Shown piece by piece: positions 45,791 to 57,764 of a stretch of 64,000 bases of DNA. Under the pieces are notes generated by a model. The model searched no databases, was not told the origin of the DNA, and worked only from the letters and a program-made list of their open reading frames with translations. A program made the translations under genes and the position numbers. The stretch covers positions 13,578,001 to 13,642,000 of the forward strand of contig NC_043010.1 of the NCBI RefSeq assembly GCF_006345805.1, in the 5' to 3' direction. Each line of letters begins with the position of its first letter. Positions within the stretch are counted from its first letter, which is position 1. This DNA comes from Octopus sinensis. Taxonomy: Eukaryota.

Positions 45791-46293
45791 CTTGTACTTG
45801 TACTTGTGGCGACATTCACCCTGGGCGGGTTGAGTCAGCTTCTTCTACCACCCTCGAGGCATCTTTGAACCATGGCAGCCCACGCACGACGGCTCTGCGC
45901 CAGTTCACTGGAGATAGCAAGCCAGTCACAGTTCCATCGGCGCAGACCGACCATTGTATTCGCCATTGAGAATTCATGGAAGAAGTTTCGTGGGAATATG
46001 ATTTTCACAAGCAGTCCCCAACAATCCCGAATGTAGAGACATCCTGTTTGCCGCAGATTGTTCGCAGATGCAGGGACAAAACGACCGAGGAGCCGCCGGT
46101 TGCCGAAACAGACACTCAGAGGATTTTTCACCAGAGCCCCGTTTACCGGGTTGTGGCCCTAATACCACTCGGTGTCAGACCAATCCGCCTTGGGTGGCCC
46201 TACCAGGAACCGAAGTTCCTGACGGCATAGCTCTGACACTACCCGTTGCCAGCGTCCCCACCACGGTGAGGAGGGAATGGACTTTGGGGACGC
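45791..46293 (-). mobile_element. Short internally deleted RTE derivative (503 bp) with 13-bp TSD
   Basis: TSD ATGAAGTTATGTA (45778-45790, 46294-46306); 3' part VGLRRWNCDWLAISSELAQSRRAWAAMV.. plus (CAAGTA)n tail; no RT/EN. Confidence 0.85.
46178..46293 (-). ncRNA. Candidate HDV-like self-cleaving ribozyme
   Basis: P1 GCGUCCCC/GGGGACGC, P3-L3 (U)CC-UCACCGU-GG(U), P1.1 CA/UG, GCAA, P4 with CAGGAAC-UUCG-GUUCCUG, imperfect P2. Confidence 0.65.
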
Positions 46294-46777
46294 ATGAAGT
46301 TATGTAAAACTACTTGACAAATTTTTGCTTCTTAACTCTAGAATAAGAAGTGGATTGATCATGTTACACGTTGCTCTTGCAATACTGAATCTATCAGTGA
46401 AAGTGTAATGTATTTTATCTCTGCTGTTTGTAATTCTGTAGTACAATTGTGATCATGGTTTCTGCGTCCACATGTATCTGAAATAATATGAATAATATAT
46501 ATACGCAAACATGATTTAATATTTTAGTACACATAAATCAATACTGTAAGAGCTCTATATTTCACTTAAGACTTTCATAAATATATATATATATATATAT
46601 ATAGTACAAAGTAAGATAGGGGTTATGAATATAACCCACTATGGGATATCAATTATCCAATATACAGTTGGTAAAGTACCCAAATTCTTAGTACATAAAT
46701 GCTTTTAATTGCAATACAATTAATTCAAATACTGTATTAAATGGGTGAAGGTAAAAAAATATTTTTACTGTAAGTTC

Positions 46778-46855
46778 ATAATACAAATAAGAAAATGGAG
46801 AAACAAATTCATCTCGTTCATCGAATTTGTTTCTCCATTTTCTTATTTGTATTAT
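46778..46855. repeat. Perfect 33-bp inverted arms, 12-nt spacer
   Basis: ATAATACAAATAAGAAAATGGAGAAACAAATTC / GAATTTGTTTCTCCATTTTCTTATTTGTATTAT. Confidence 0.95.
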
Positions 46856-47475
46856 ATATATATATATATATATATATATTAATCCGAGTGTACAGTATTA
46901 TATAGCCATTACAGCAGATTTCACCAATTGGTTTCGCACTAGGGGTTCAATTGAGTGTTAGGTAACAGTCCAATTATGTAACCCTGCACTCATCAGAGGT
47001 AGCCATTAAGGATTGAAATATGGCAATTTCACTTAGGCGTAGGAATACTATTAACAAGTTGTGAAAACCCGGTGTACTTGTTTTAGAGTAAAGCATCAAA
47101 AGAGTACAGACCATAATGTCAATCAATGAATGACAATAGAAAAGAGATTATATAGTGATTTTCATTAGCTTACAGTTGTCTCTGTTATAAGAAGCAGTGC
47201 ACTAAGAGCTGATTGCTTGTGCATTATCCTATGGCTTCCTCGGTCCATTAAAATAAAGTGCATGTTTATTTTTGAAATGAAAAAACAGTCAACTGTGTGT
47301 GGGGAAGGAAGTATGCATCTATGTATACACATAATTATTGTGTGGTGTAATTAGGATTAAATGGCATTACTTAAAGGTTTATTCATTAAACTCTGCAAAT
47401 ACCTGTTATAATTATGTATCCAGTATTCATGTTTTTGTATGACATAACATAAACAAACAAAATATATATGTATAA

Positions 47476-48385
47476 AATAATAGTAATAATAATAATGAAA
47501 TTATTGTAAACAGTGCTCAGGTGCACCACAACTTGTCAAACAGTGCGTATAAAGTATATGCAGTAATGTACAAATGTCTGGAAAGCGAACAGTGTATGAG
47601 TCAGATACATGCTTGTGTGTGTATGGAGGGGAGAAAATCAGGTGTAGTGTTGGCGAATCTCAGGAAGCATGGAAGTTTTGAAGGATGCAGTGCTCCGACA
47701 CTAACAACTGATGCCGGCAGTTTGTTCCATGCTTCAGCGTGTGTATGGAGGGGAGAACATCAGGTGTAGTGTTGGCGAATCTCAGGAAGCATGGAAGTTT
47801 TGAAGGATGTAGTGCTCCGACAACTAACAACTGATGCCGGCAGATTGTTCCATGCTTCAGCGTGTGTATGGAGGGGAGAAAATCAGGTGTAGTGTTGGCG
47901 AATCTCAGGAAGCATGGAAGTTTTGAAGGATGTAGTGCTCCGACAACTAACAACTGATGCCGGCAGTTTGTTCCATGCTTCAGCGTGTGTATGGAGGGGA
48001 GAAAATCAGGTGTAGTGTTGGCGAATCTCAGGAAGCATGGAAGTTTTGAAGGATGCAGTGCTCCGACACTAACAACTGATGCCGGCAGTTTGTTCCATGC
48101 TTCAGCGTGTGTATGGAGGGGAGAAAATCAGGTGTAGTGTTGGCGAATCTCAGAAAGCATGGAAGTTTTGAAGGATGCAGTGCTCCGACAACTAACAACT
48201 GATGCCGGCAGTTTGTTCCATGCTTCAACAACTCTAAGTGCAAACAAATGTTTCTGAAAGTCATGGGAGCTGTGCTGTTTTCTGACTTTGTAAACCTGTC
48301 CACAGGTGTTAGACAGGTGGAGTTTGAAAAGGTGCTCAGAGTTATTGTTTGTAAGATGGTTAATAATTTTATGGGTGTATATGCA
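47476..48385 (-). mobile_element. CR1-clade LINE 3' end containing 5 tandem ~123-bp copies
   Basis: KIINHLTNNNSEHLFKLHLSNTCGQVYKVRK..FALRVVEAWNKLPASVVSCRSTASFKTSML; (ATT)n tail; repeat 47617-48228. Confidence 0.9.
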
Positions 48386-49606
48386 TGTTTGTGTTTAGGT
48401 GTGAGTGTTTATGCATTTGCTTTGTGTATGTTTATATATACATCTTATATTGCTAATACACCAGTGCAGCTTGTAAATGAAGGCATTCAGTTTATCTAAG
48501 TATATTTATATGTTTAAAACATATCATAGGACAGGCAGCATAGCTGATTATCTTTTAATTATTATCTAACTGAACAAATTAATATCTTGATTTACAGGAC
48601 CAATTTTTACAGCTCGTCTTATATTATTGCAAAACTTAAATGAATGTAATTCATTTTGGATTTTTGCAGCATAATAATAGCATTCAAAAGATTTATCCTT
48701 TTTTTTTTTTTAATCATTGAATTTACCATTTCTGCTGCCTGTCTGACAATATGTAGTCTTGCTGTTGAGAACTTGTGGTATATCCTCTGAGTTTCATTCC
48801 ACTGAAAGCCTGTACATTTTTAAAAAAATTTTTTACAGTTTCTTTAATTGTATAACCTCAATATATTTATCATTTTGTCTACATGATTTGGTAATTTACA
48901 ATGTCAAAATAAAGTTATCTTTGTCTGTACGTTTGATTTAAAGGACATTTGGCCACTTCTTCTAGCAGGTCAAATAACCATGTCAGCTTCCCTATACTAT
49001 ACTCTTAGTTATGTTTTTAGTTCAGGGGTGCCACTGAATTTTGGAAATAATACAAGTCTACTGCAAGTGAAAAAAGGTTGTGTCTTGCTTTACTCTATTC
49101 CCACACAAATGTAGACACATGTGCATACATAAGGGTGTGTGTGCATGTGTGTGTGTACATGTGTGTGCGTGTGTGTGTCTATTGGGCATGTCTACATGAA
49201 TGTATATCTCTGTGTGCATATATAAATTATAATAATATCACTTTGAAGAGAACATCCGAACCACTGGTATTACATTTTAATAAAGCATTCTGTATCGAAA
49301 CAAACAATATTTCTTGAACACCATTCTGAAAAATATTCTATTTAATCAAATGAAACTTCAGTTTTTTGGGGTTTTTTTAAATCTTCTTTTTTTTTTATAA
49401 TTTAAGAATGTCTAAAATCTCTGCATTAAACTAATATAAATGTTTCATACTGTCTTAGGTAATATTACTCTACTTACAAAAATTTTAAAGTGTTACTTTC
49501 AGTTTAAAAATACCATCTTAATTAAATAACTCTTAGTAAGTATCTAAGTGTATAGATATATGTTACTTAAGATATTGATGTTTCATCATCATCATCATCA
49601 TCATCA

Positions 49607-49650
<44 letters not shown>

Positions 49651-49852
49651 TAAGGCAGTGAGCTGGGTGAAATTCTTAGTGATATTTCGTCCGTCTTTAT
49701 ATTCTGAGTTCAAATTCCACCAGGGCTGACTTTGCTTTTCATCCTTTCAGGATCAATAAAATAAGTACCAGTCGAGAACTGGGGTCAATGTAATTGACTA
49801 GTCCCCTCCCCCGAAATTTCAGGCCTTGTGCCTATAGTAGAAAGGATTATTA

Positions 49853-49886
<34 letters not shown>

Positions 49887-50630
49887 CGGGCCTTGTGCCT
49901 AGAGTAGAAAAGATTATTATTATTATTATCAGTTTAAGGCAACGAGCTGGCAGAATTCTTGGTACACCAGGCGAAATACTTAGCAGTATTTCATCTACCA
50001 CTATGTTCTGAGTTCAAATTCCACTGGGATCGACTTTGCCTTTCATCCTTTCAGGGTTGATAAATTAAGTACCAGTGAAACACTGGGGTCAACGTCATCG
50101 ACTAGTCCCTGCCCCACAAATTTCAGGCCTCGTTCTTTTAATAGAAAGGATTGTTGTTGTTGCTATCATTATTATTATTATTATCATTATTATTATTATC
50201 ATCATCATCATCATCATCATCAGTTTCAGGTGACGAGCTAGCAGAATTGTTGGCATACCAGGCAAAATGCTTAGCGGTATTTCACCTGTCGTTACATTCC
50301 GAGTTCAAGTTCCGCCGAGGTCGACTTTGCCTTTCATCCTTTCGGGGTCGATAAATTAAGTACCAGTTACACACTGGGGTCGATGTAATCGACTTAATAC
50401 CTATGTCTGTCCTTGTTTGTCCCCTCTGTGTTTAGCCCCTTGTGGGTAATAAAGAAATAGGTATTTCACCTGTCTTCACATTCTGAATTCGAATTGCGCC
50501 AAGGCTGACTTTGCCTTTCATCCTCTCGGGGGTCGATAAAATAAGTACCAGTTGAATACTGGGGTCGATGAAATCGACTATCCCCCTCCCCTAAATTTCA
50601 GGCCTTGTGCCTATAATAGAAAGGATTATA
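49651..50630 (+). mobile_element. Cluster of three old family B SINEs; the third holds a nested young copy (50291-50459)
   Basis: Old tails CTTGTGCCTATAGTAGAAAGGATTATT; nested TSD GGTATTTCACCTGTC (50276-50290, 50460-50474). Confidence 0.85.
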
Positions 50631-51326
50631 TTCATCATCAGTCGTCATATATTAAGCTTTCAGTAATAATAATTTGCAGGTCATATCTAGTCATAGAGCA
50701 TAAAATATATGCAAAGATATTTTTATGTCAGTTTTTTTTTTTACTAAACCTATGTAAAAGTGTACAAGTCTAACTTGGACTCTAGTGTTTTACTTTTCTG
50801 TTTTTACAAGACATTGTTTTCTCTCTCATTGGTTATGTAAAAATATTTCAGCATCTAAAATATACACTGCTGATTAATCTTTGGCAATAATTTATTGAAA
50901 CTTCTATATAATTTTTTGTGTATCTGCTGACAAAGTGGTTGTGTAATTGCAAGTATTTTTTTAATTAACAAGAAATATTATCAAAATAATTAATACCTTT
51001 GTTTTACAGGGGACAATTTGAAAAATAGCAAGTTTACTGCCAACATTTTAAATGTCAGCTTGTTAGTAATAATGCTAAAATAAACAATTGTCCATTCTTA
51101 ATTGCATTTGTCTATTTTTGCTTAATTGTTTTAACTCTCCTACAAGCACTGTATCCAACAAGTCAGTATGAGAAGAAAAGATATTACAACCTAAATTACA
51201 CAACAGAAATAGACAACCTGGTTAACATACAAGAAACTAGGGATAACCTCCAACACAGTGCGCCAACGGCTAACACAAGTAAAACATAACTTTGAGTCAA
51301 ATTAAAGAAGAAAAATACAAAGAAAT

Positions 51327-51745
51327 TGCAGGAGTGGCTGTGTGGTAAGTAGCTTGTTTACCAACCACATGGTTCCGGGTCCAGTCCCACTCCGTGGCAT
51401 CTTGGGCAAGTGTCTTCTGCTATAGCCTCGGGCCGACCAATGCCTTGTGAGTGGATTTGGTAGACGGAAACTGAAAGAAGCCTGTTGTATGTATGTATAT
51501 ATATATATATATATGTAAGTGTGTGTGTTTGTGTGTCTGTGTTCGTCCCCCTAGCATTGCTTGACAACCGATGCTGGTGTGTTTATGTCCCCGTTACCTA
51601 GCGGTTCGGCAAAAAGAGACCGATAGAATAAGTACTGGGCTTACAAAAAGAATAAGTCCTGGGGTCGAGTTGCTCGACTAAAGGTGGTGCTCCAGCATGG
51701 CCACAGTCAAATGACTGAAACAAGTAAAAGAGTAAAAGAGTAAGA
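51327..51745 (+). mobile_element. SINE family A
   Basis: Full-length. Confidence 0.95.
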
Positions 51746-51838
51746 GTAACCTGATTAACATACAAGAAACTAGAGATAACCTCAAACACAGTATGCCAAC
51801 AGCTAACACAAGTAAAATATATCTTTGAGTCAAATTAA

Positions 51839-52302
51839 CCCTTTCATTACCATATTTCTGTTGAGATGCTCTGTGTTTCTTTCAATTATTTTAAATATAA
51901 CAAAGAGTTTAATAAAATAACTTAGTTACCATTAAGCTGGTGTTAAGAACATAAATTGTGACCAAGGTTTGGTGGAAGATTTTAATTCAAAACTTATGAA
52001 AACAAGACATTTGTACTCAGAGCCAGAGGTGGTTTCAACCAGGTTGGTATCAAAAGGGTTAAAAAATATTATGGTGACTTTAACCTATTTGTTACCTTAT
52101 TTCTGTTGAGATGTTCTGTTTCTTTCAATTATTTTAAATATAACAAAGAGTTTAGTAAAATAACTTAGTTATCATTAAGCTAGTGTTGGGAACATAAATT
52201 GTGACTAAGGTTTGGTGGAAGATTTTTATTCAAAACTTATGAAAACAAGACATTTGTACTACAGAGCCAGAGCCAGTTTCAGCCGGGTTGGTAATGAAAG
52301 GA
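51839..52302. mobile_element. Two adjacent piggyBac-like MITEs (51839-52058, 52084-52302)
   Basis: Each TTAA-flanked with CC(C).../...GG(G)-type ends. Confidence 0.85.
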
Positions 52303-52614
52303 TTAAAGAAGAAAACTACAAAGAAATTAAACTGTAGAACAACAGAAAACTGGCAAATATTTGTAGCAGTTAAACACTAAGTAAAGTAATTAGTTATATC
52401 AAGGGCAACATCAGTCACACTATACTTTATGTGGCAATATTAACATCAAATAACATTTTGACAGCAAGCATGTACCCTTATCAGATATCAGAACACTTGA
52501 CAACCAATGTTGGTATGTTTACGTCCCTGTAACTTAGTGGTTCAGTAAAAGAGACTACAGTCAAATGACTGAAACAAGTAAAAGAATATATATATACACA
52601 CATATATATATATA

Positions 52615-53310
52615 TCATCATCATCATTGTTTAACGTCCGTTTTCCATACTGGCATGGGTTGGACTGTTTGACTGAGGTCTGGAGAGCCAGTGGCTGCAC
52701 CAGGCTCCAATCTGATCTGGCAATGTTTCTACAGCTGGATGCCCTTACTAACATCAACCACCCCAAGAGTGTAGTGAGTGCTTTTTATGTGCCACCAGCA
52801 CAGGGGCCAGTCAGGTGGGCATGGTGTCGATCACATTTGGATAGTGCTTTTTATGCGCCACCAGCATGGGGGCCAGTCAGGGGGCACTGGCCACAGCTAT
52901 AATATTGGCTTTACTCAACTCAACAGGTTTTCTCAAGTACATCATACCACCCGACACATCAGGGGTACTCTTAACTGGGCCGGACATGCATGGCTGCGAA
53001 CTCACTTAAGTTGCCAGGTCTTCTCAATCACAGCATATCTCCAAAGGTCTTGGTCTCTTGTCATTGCCTCTGTGAGGCCGGGTGTTCGAAGATCATACTT
53101 CACCACCTCATCCCATGTCTTCCTGGGTTTACCTATTCCACAGGTTCCTTTCACAGTTAGGGAGAGGCACTTCCTCACACAGCTGTCTTCATCCATAATT
53201 AACACATGACCATACCAGTGCAGCATCTCTCTTGCACACCACATTTGATGCTTCTTATGCTCAACTTTTCTCTCAAGGCACTTACACTCTGTTGTGTATA
53301 CACAATGACA
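52615..53310 (-). mobile_element. 5'-truncated RTE LINE with long 3' UTR
   Basis: LHWYGHVLIMDEDSCVRKCLSLTVKGTCGIGKPRKTWDEVVKYDL; (ATG)n tail; 3' UTR equals the fragments at 31330 and 62401. Confidence 0.9.
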
Positions 53311-53336
53311 TTACACACACACACACACACACACAT

Positions 53337-53685
53337 ATAAATTCTCTCTGTTTATTTCCCCATATTATTTTCATTTGAAGAGTGTAAGCTTAAAATGTAA
53401 AAGACTTTCTCACTTTCCCAAGTGTCAAACTAATACACCTGCTTGTGATTCATACACCTGTCTTCATCTTCTGCTTTCTGTAAATATCAACTATATATAT
53501 CCTTAGCCACTACACACATTTTGTTTCTCTCCTTGTTTTTTTCTGTGTCCCTTTCTGTAGAAGAGCGTAGGCTCGAAACGTAAAAGACTTTTTCTATTCC
53601 TGAGCCTTATACTAATACATGTTTGTTTTGTACACCACCTGTCTTCGTCTTTTGTTTTTTTCGTAAACTCTCCCTTTATATATCA
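53337..53685 (+). mobile_element. Tandem Penelope-like units; variant hammerhead at 53551-53586
   Basis: Second unit matches 27173-27345; first unit is a decayed relative. Confidence 0.6.
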
Positions 53686-53834
53686 CACTCACGTGGTCGC
53701 ACCAGTTGATCCTCTCATTTCTTATCACACATGAACTTCTCCACTGGATTTTCTATCTACCCTTTACGGATTCTCTTCTGGACATTTCTTGTGGACTCTA
53801 CTCTTGATGAAAAATCCCTATATATATATATATA

Positions 53835-53990
53835 TATATGGCAGGCTTTTTCCAGTTTCTGTCTACCAAATCCACTCATGATTTTCGTTGGTGCATGGCT
53901 ATATTATGAGACACTTTTTCAAGGTGCTGCATCATGGGATGGAACCTGAGGCTTCATGATTAGAAAGCAAGCTTTTTTAACTACACAGGC
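53835..53990 (-). mobile_element. Old SINE family A 5' half
   Basis: CAGTTTCTGTCTACCAAATCCACTCA motif. Confidence 0.7.
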
Positions 53991-54344
53991 ATGCTTGTGT
54001 CTATCCTCACCATTTTCCAGATACAGCTACGTAGCTATTTCAATCTTACATCAATGACCAAAAAACAAGACTAAAGATAGCACCTGTCAAACACACTGCC
54101 TCATTTTTTACCAGCAACATCAGAGAATGTCAATTAAAACAAAACCATCACATTTAACAACACAAACACACACACAAATCATAAATACTTGGTGTTACAT
54201 ACAACTTTTCTATAAAGCACATAGAAAACATAATAAAAAAAGTGTAGCAAGACTCAGCATTCAAAACCCTTGAACAAGTAACAAAAAAGGACCACAACAT
54301 ATCAAGTTTCCTTATTTGGCTGTGACTACATGAGGTGATCTTAA

Positions 54345-54566
54345 CCCTTTTGTGGCCGTATTTATTTTGAGATGCTCTGTGTTTCCTTCAATTAATTTTA
54401 AATATAACAAAGAAGTTAGTAAAATAACTTAGTTATCATTAAGCTGGTGTTAGGAACATAAATTGTGACTAAGGTTTCGTGGAAGATTTTAATTCAGAAC
54501 ATATGGAAACAATACATTTGTACTACAGTGCCAGAGGCAGTTTTAGCCGGGTTGGTATCAAAAGAG
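54345..54566. mobile_element. piggyBac-like MITE
   Basis: TTAA flanks. Confidence 0.85.
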
Positions 54567-54736
54567 TTAAGTCATATTTTAGCTAATTGTGGTCCTGGTG
54601 CATTTGTGTGATGTTAAGATTAGAGAAAACTTTCATGTAGTTTCATGCCAAATCATGGTTATCAACTGAGATGTGCAAGAAATACAATACAGAAGAGCTA
54701 GACACAGAGAGGGCTCATAGAGGTTATTTTGATTTT

Positions 54737-55077
54737 TTGTGACCCCCTTCGGTCAGACACTGACCATGGATTTGCACCTAGAGAGTTACCCTCTGAGGCA
54801 CAAGTCTGGGCAAGGTTGTTTTATGGAAGACCAGCAGTCGCCCATGCATACTGGCCTCCCTTCTCCACGCCACCAGTGTTATCCAAGGGAAAGGCAAAGG
54901 GGCCGATACAGCTTGGCACCCGTGACGTCGCAACTCATTTCTACAGCTGAGTGAACTGGAGCAATGTGAAATAAAGCGTCTTGTTCAAGAACACAACATG
55001 CAGCCCGGTCTGGGATTCGAGCTCACAACCTCACGATCGTAAGCTCGATGCTCTAACCACTGAGCCATGCGCCTTCA
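54737..55077 (-). mobile_element. SINE family D (CORE-like) with 19124-type tail
   Basis: TGGCTCAGTGG / TCGAATCCC boxes; CORE-like GTGTTCTTGAACAAGACGCTTTATTTCAC. Confidence 0.85.
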
Positions 55078-55473
55078 GTTTAGATATCAATAGACACAAT
55101 AACATCAATACCATTTATAACAGGTATGGGCAACTGACAACATTCTAAGGTCTTTACAACTTTTATTTTGATTAGCCAGTAGTTATGCCATCCAACCTCA
55201 TGTGAAAAGATCATCTCCTGCCGAGCATACATTTCTCCTCTCACCATGCGTACATTTTCATACACTAAATACTGGTACTTAGAACAACAGTTTTTTTGTA
55301 AAGTAACAATTTTAACATCAGTCTGTAAATAAACGTGTTAATAAAACCTAAATATAGTAGCTGGTTTTTATTTGGAAGTTGCAGCTCAAAGATAACCTCT
55401 TCTACAAAAGTAAAAATGTAAATAATATTTAGAGTGCTCACCAATGTCACACAAGACCAACAGAAGGAAACAA

Positions 55474-55880
55474 GGATCTTTTCGGTTTGAACGGCAGTTT
55501 TTTCTAGCGGTGTCATATGAAATTATCACCCATAATTATGAGCCTAGTATCGATCTATTGCATTTCAATCTGTTTTAGGGTTAGGGTTAGGGGTGGGGGA
55601 AAGGGTATCTTGTTTTCTTCACAAATGTAAAATAAACACAATCTGTTTCTTAAACGAAGGACATATTCATACGGCACAGAATGTTTTTTTTTTACCTCAA
55701 TAGACGTCAGTGATTGGTTGAAATTGCAGAAATTGAAGAAAAAAAACAACAAATATCTTACAAACAATAGAATTTTCTCAATAAAGCCAAGAGAAAAAAA
55801 TGTTTTATAAACACATTCTACCAGTACAAAAATTACATGGAAATTATTTTAAAAAACTGCCTTTCAAACCAAAAAGATCT
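55474..55880 (+). mobile_element. GGATCTTTT-TIR MITE
   Basis: TIRs; TSD GGAAACAA. Confidence 0.95.
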
Positions 55881-56222
55881 GGAAACAATAACAATGGTAT
55901 ACAAGTAACACTTTAAATCCATCATGAATTACGACAGCCCTATCTGAGCTGCCAATCTTTCCATGATAAGCTGCAAAAAATAAACACACAAAAGAATGAA
56001 CATTATAACACGCTGCACACAGATCCCATCAAAAAGCCATTAACTGCAATTGGATAAACTAAACTTCTCCACAGTTTTGTATTTATAACTAAATGAACTC
56101 CTTGCAGTTTATATTTACAGCTAAAGGAATATAACTATTGAAAGCCGAATGTCATTAACAGGATCTTACTAACCCTAACCCTAACCCTTACAAGATATTT
56201 TTTGACTCCTTTTAGTCATTAA

Positions 56223-56685
56223 CCCTTTTGTTACCAACCCAGCTGAAACCACCTCTGGCTCTGTGGTACAAATGTCTTGTTTTCATAAGTTTTGAATTAA
56301 TATCTTCTACCAAGCCTTAGTCACAATTTATGTTCCTAACACTAGCTGAATGATAACTAAGTTATTTTACTAAATTCTTTATCATATTTAAAATTAATTG
56401 AAACAAACACAGATCGCCTCAACAGAAATAAGGTAACAAAAGGGTTAAAATATATAATAGAGAAATAATTCTTAACCCTTTTGTTACCAACCCGGCTGAA
56501 ACCGGTTCCGGCTCTGCCTTGTTTTCATAAGGTTTTAATTAAAATCTTCCACCAAACCTTAGTCACAATTTATGTTTCTAACACTAGTTTAATGATAACT
56601 ATGTTATTTTACTAATTTGTTTGTTATATTTAGAGTAATTGAAAGAAACACAGAACATCTCAAAATAAATATGGTAATGAAAGGG
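56223..56685. mobile_element. Two adjacent piggyBac-like MITEs (56223-56444, 56476-56685)
   Basis: TTAA|CCC..GGG|TTAA each. Confidence 0.9.
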
Positions 56686-56745
56686 TTAAGCCGCAGCCAC
56701 TCTGTAGAATTGTCTTCAAAGGTTTTAGTCAGCTATATAAGCATC

Positions 56746-56973
56746 TGTGAGCTGGCAGAAACGTTAGCACGCAGGGCGAAATGCGTAGCCGTATTTCGTC
56801 TGTCGTTACGTTCTGGGTTCAAATTCCGCCGAGGTCGACTTTGCCTTTCATCCTTTCGGGGTCGATAAATTAAGTACCAGTTACACATTGGGGTCAATGT
56901 AATCGACTTAATCCGTTTGTCTGTCCTTGTTTGTCCCCTCTGTGTTTAGCTCCTTGTGGGTACTAAAGAAATT
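56746..56973 (+). mobile_element. SINE family B
   Basis: 12-bp TSD TATATAAGCATC (56734-56745, 56974-56985). Confidence 0.95.
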
Positions 56974-57171
56974 TATATAAGCATCAGTGCTTATTTTGAT
57001 CTTCTATATTTTACATTTTACTTGTTTCAATCATTTGACTGTGGCCATGCTGGGGCATAATCTCAAAGATTCAGAAAAAAAAATCAACCCCAATACTCTA
57101 TTTAAAAAATTTTTTTAAAGTCTAGTATTTATTGTATTAACCACTTTTGCTGAACTGAACAACTACACGGA

Positions 57172-57293
57172 CATCATCATCATCATTGTTCAACTGTGGT
57201 CGAGACAATGGAATTTACTATGCTACGCCAGACTTCACAGTCCATCATAGCATTACAGACGTCCTGTTGCTGGATGCCTGTATCCCTGGAAAT
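57172..57293 (-). mobile_element. ~120-bp 3' end of the 4173-family LINE nested in an old SINE A (57015-57365)
   Basis: High identity to 4173-4300; TSD TACACGGA (57164-57171, 57294-57301). Confidence 0.85.
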
Positions 57294-57764
57294 TACACGG
57301 ATATAAGCAAACCAACACAGGTTGTCAAGTGGTAGTGGAGGACACATACATTCACACACACACAACCAGTTACAACCAGTTACTTAGAAGCTGAGGCTCC
57401 AATCGAAAAAGGTTGACAAACACTGTTATAGATTATGCCTAATCGAAAACAATTACAGCCACATCATCCAAACAGACCGGGTGAAACCGGGCTTAGCTGC
57501 AAGTAAAACTATAAAATTAACAAGTTGTTTAGTTTGTTGTACCGTGTTTTAGCCCTGCTTTGAGGATGGAGAGGTTACTCTAGTACTTAATCATAGATCA
57601 AAGTCCTCCCTTCATCTCAGGCCCATCTTGATAGCAGATCTGCATTTGCATTTGATGTACTTCATAGATGAGTTGCTTTGACACAATGCCAATTTTAAAT
57701 CTTCACATTTAGGCATCCACCAACAAAAAGATATCTTCAGTCAACATATAATGCGTACATCCTA

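Noticed and set aside
47617-48228. CRISPR-like or coding tandem array (LKHGTNCRHQLL ORFs)
   Set aside because: Units are identical end to end with no unique spacers; they are a CR1 LINE end read out of frame; eukaryotic context
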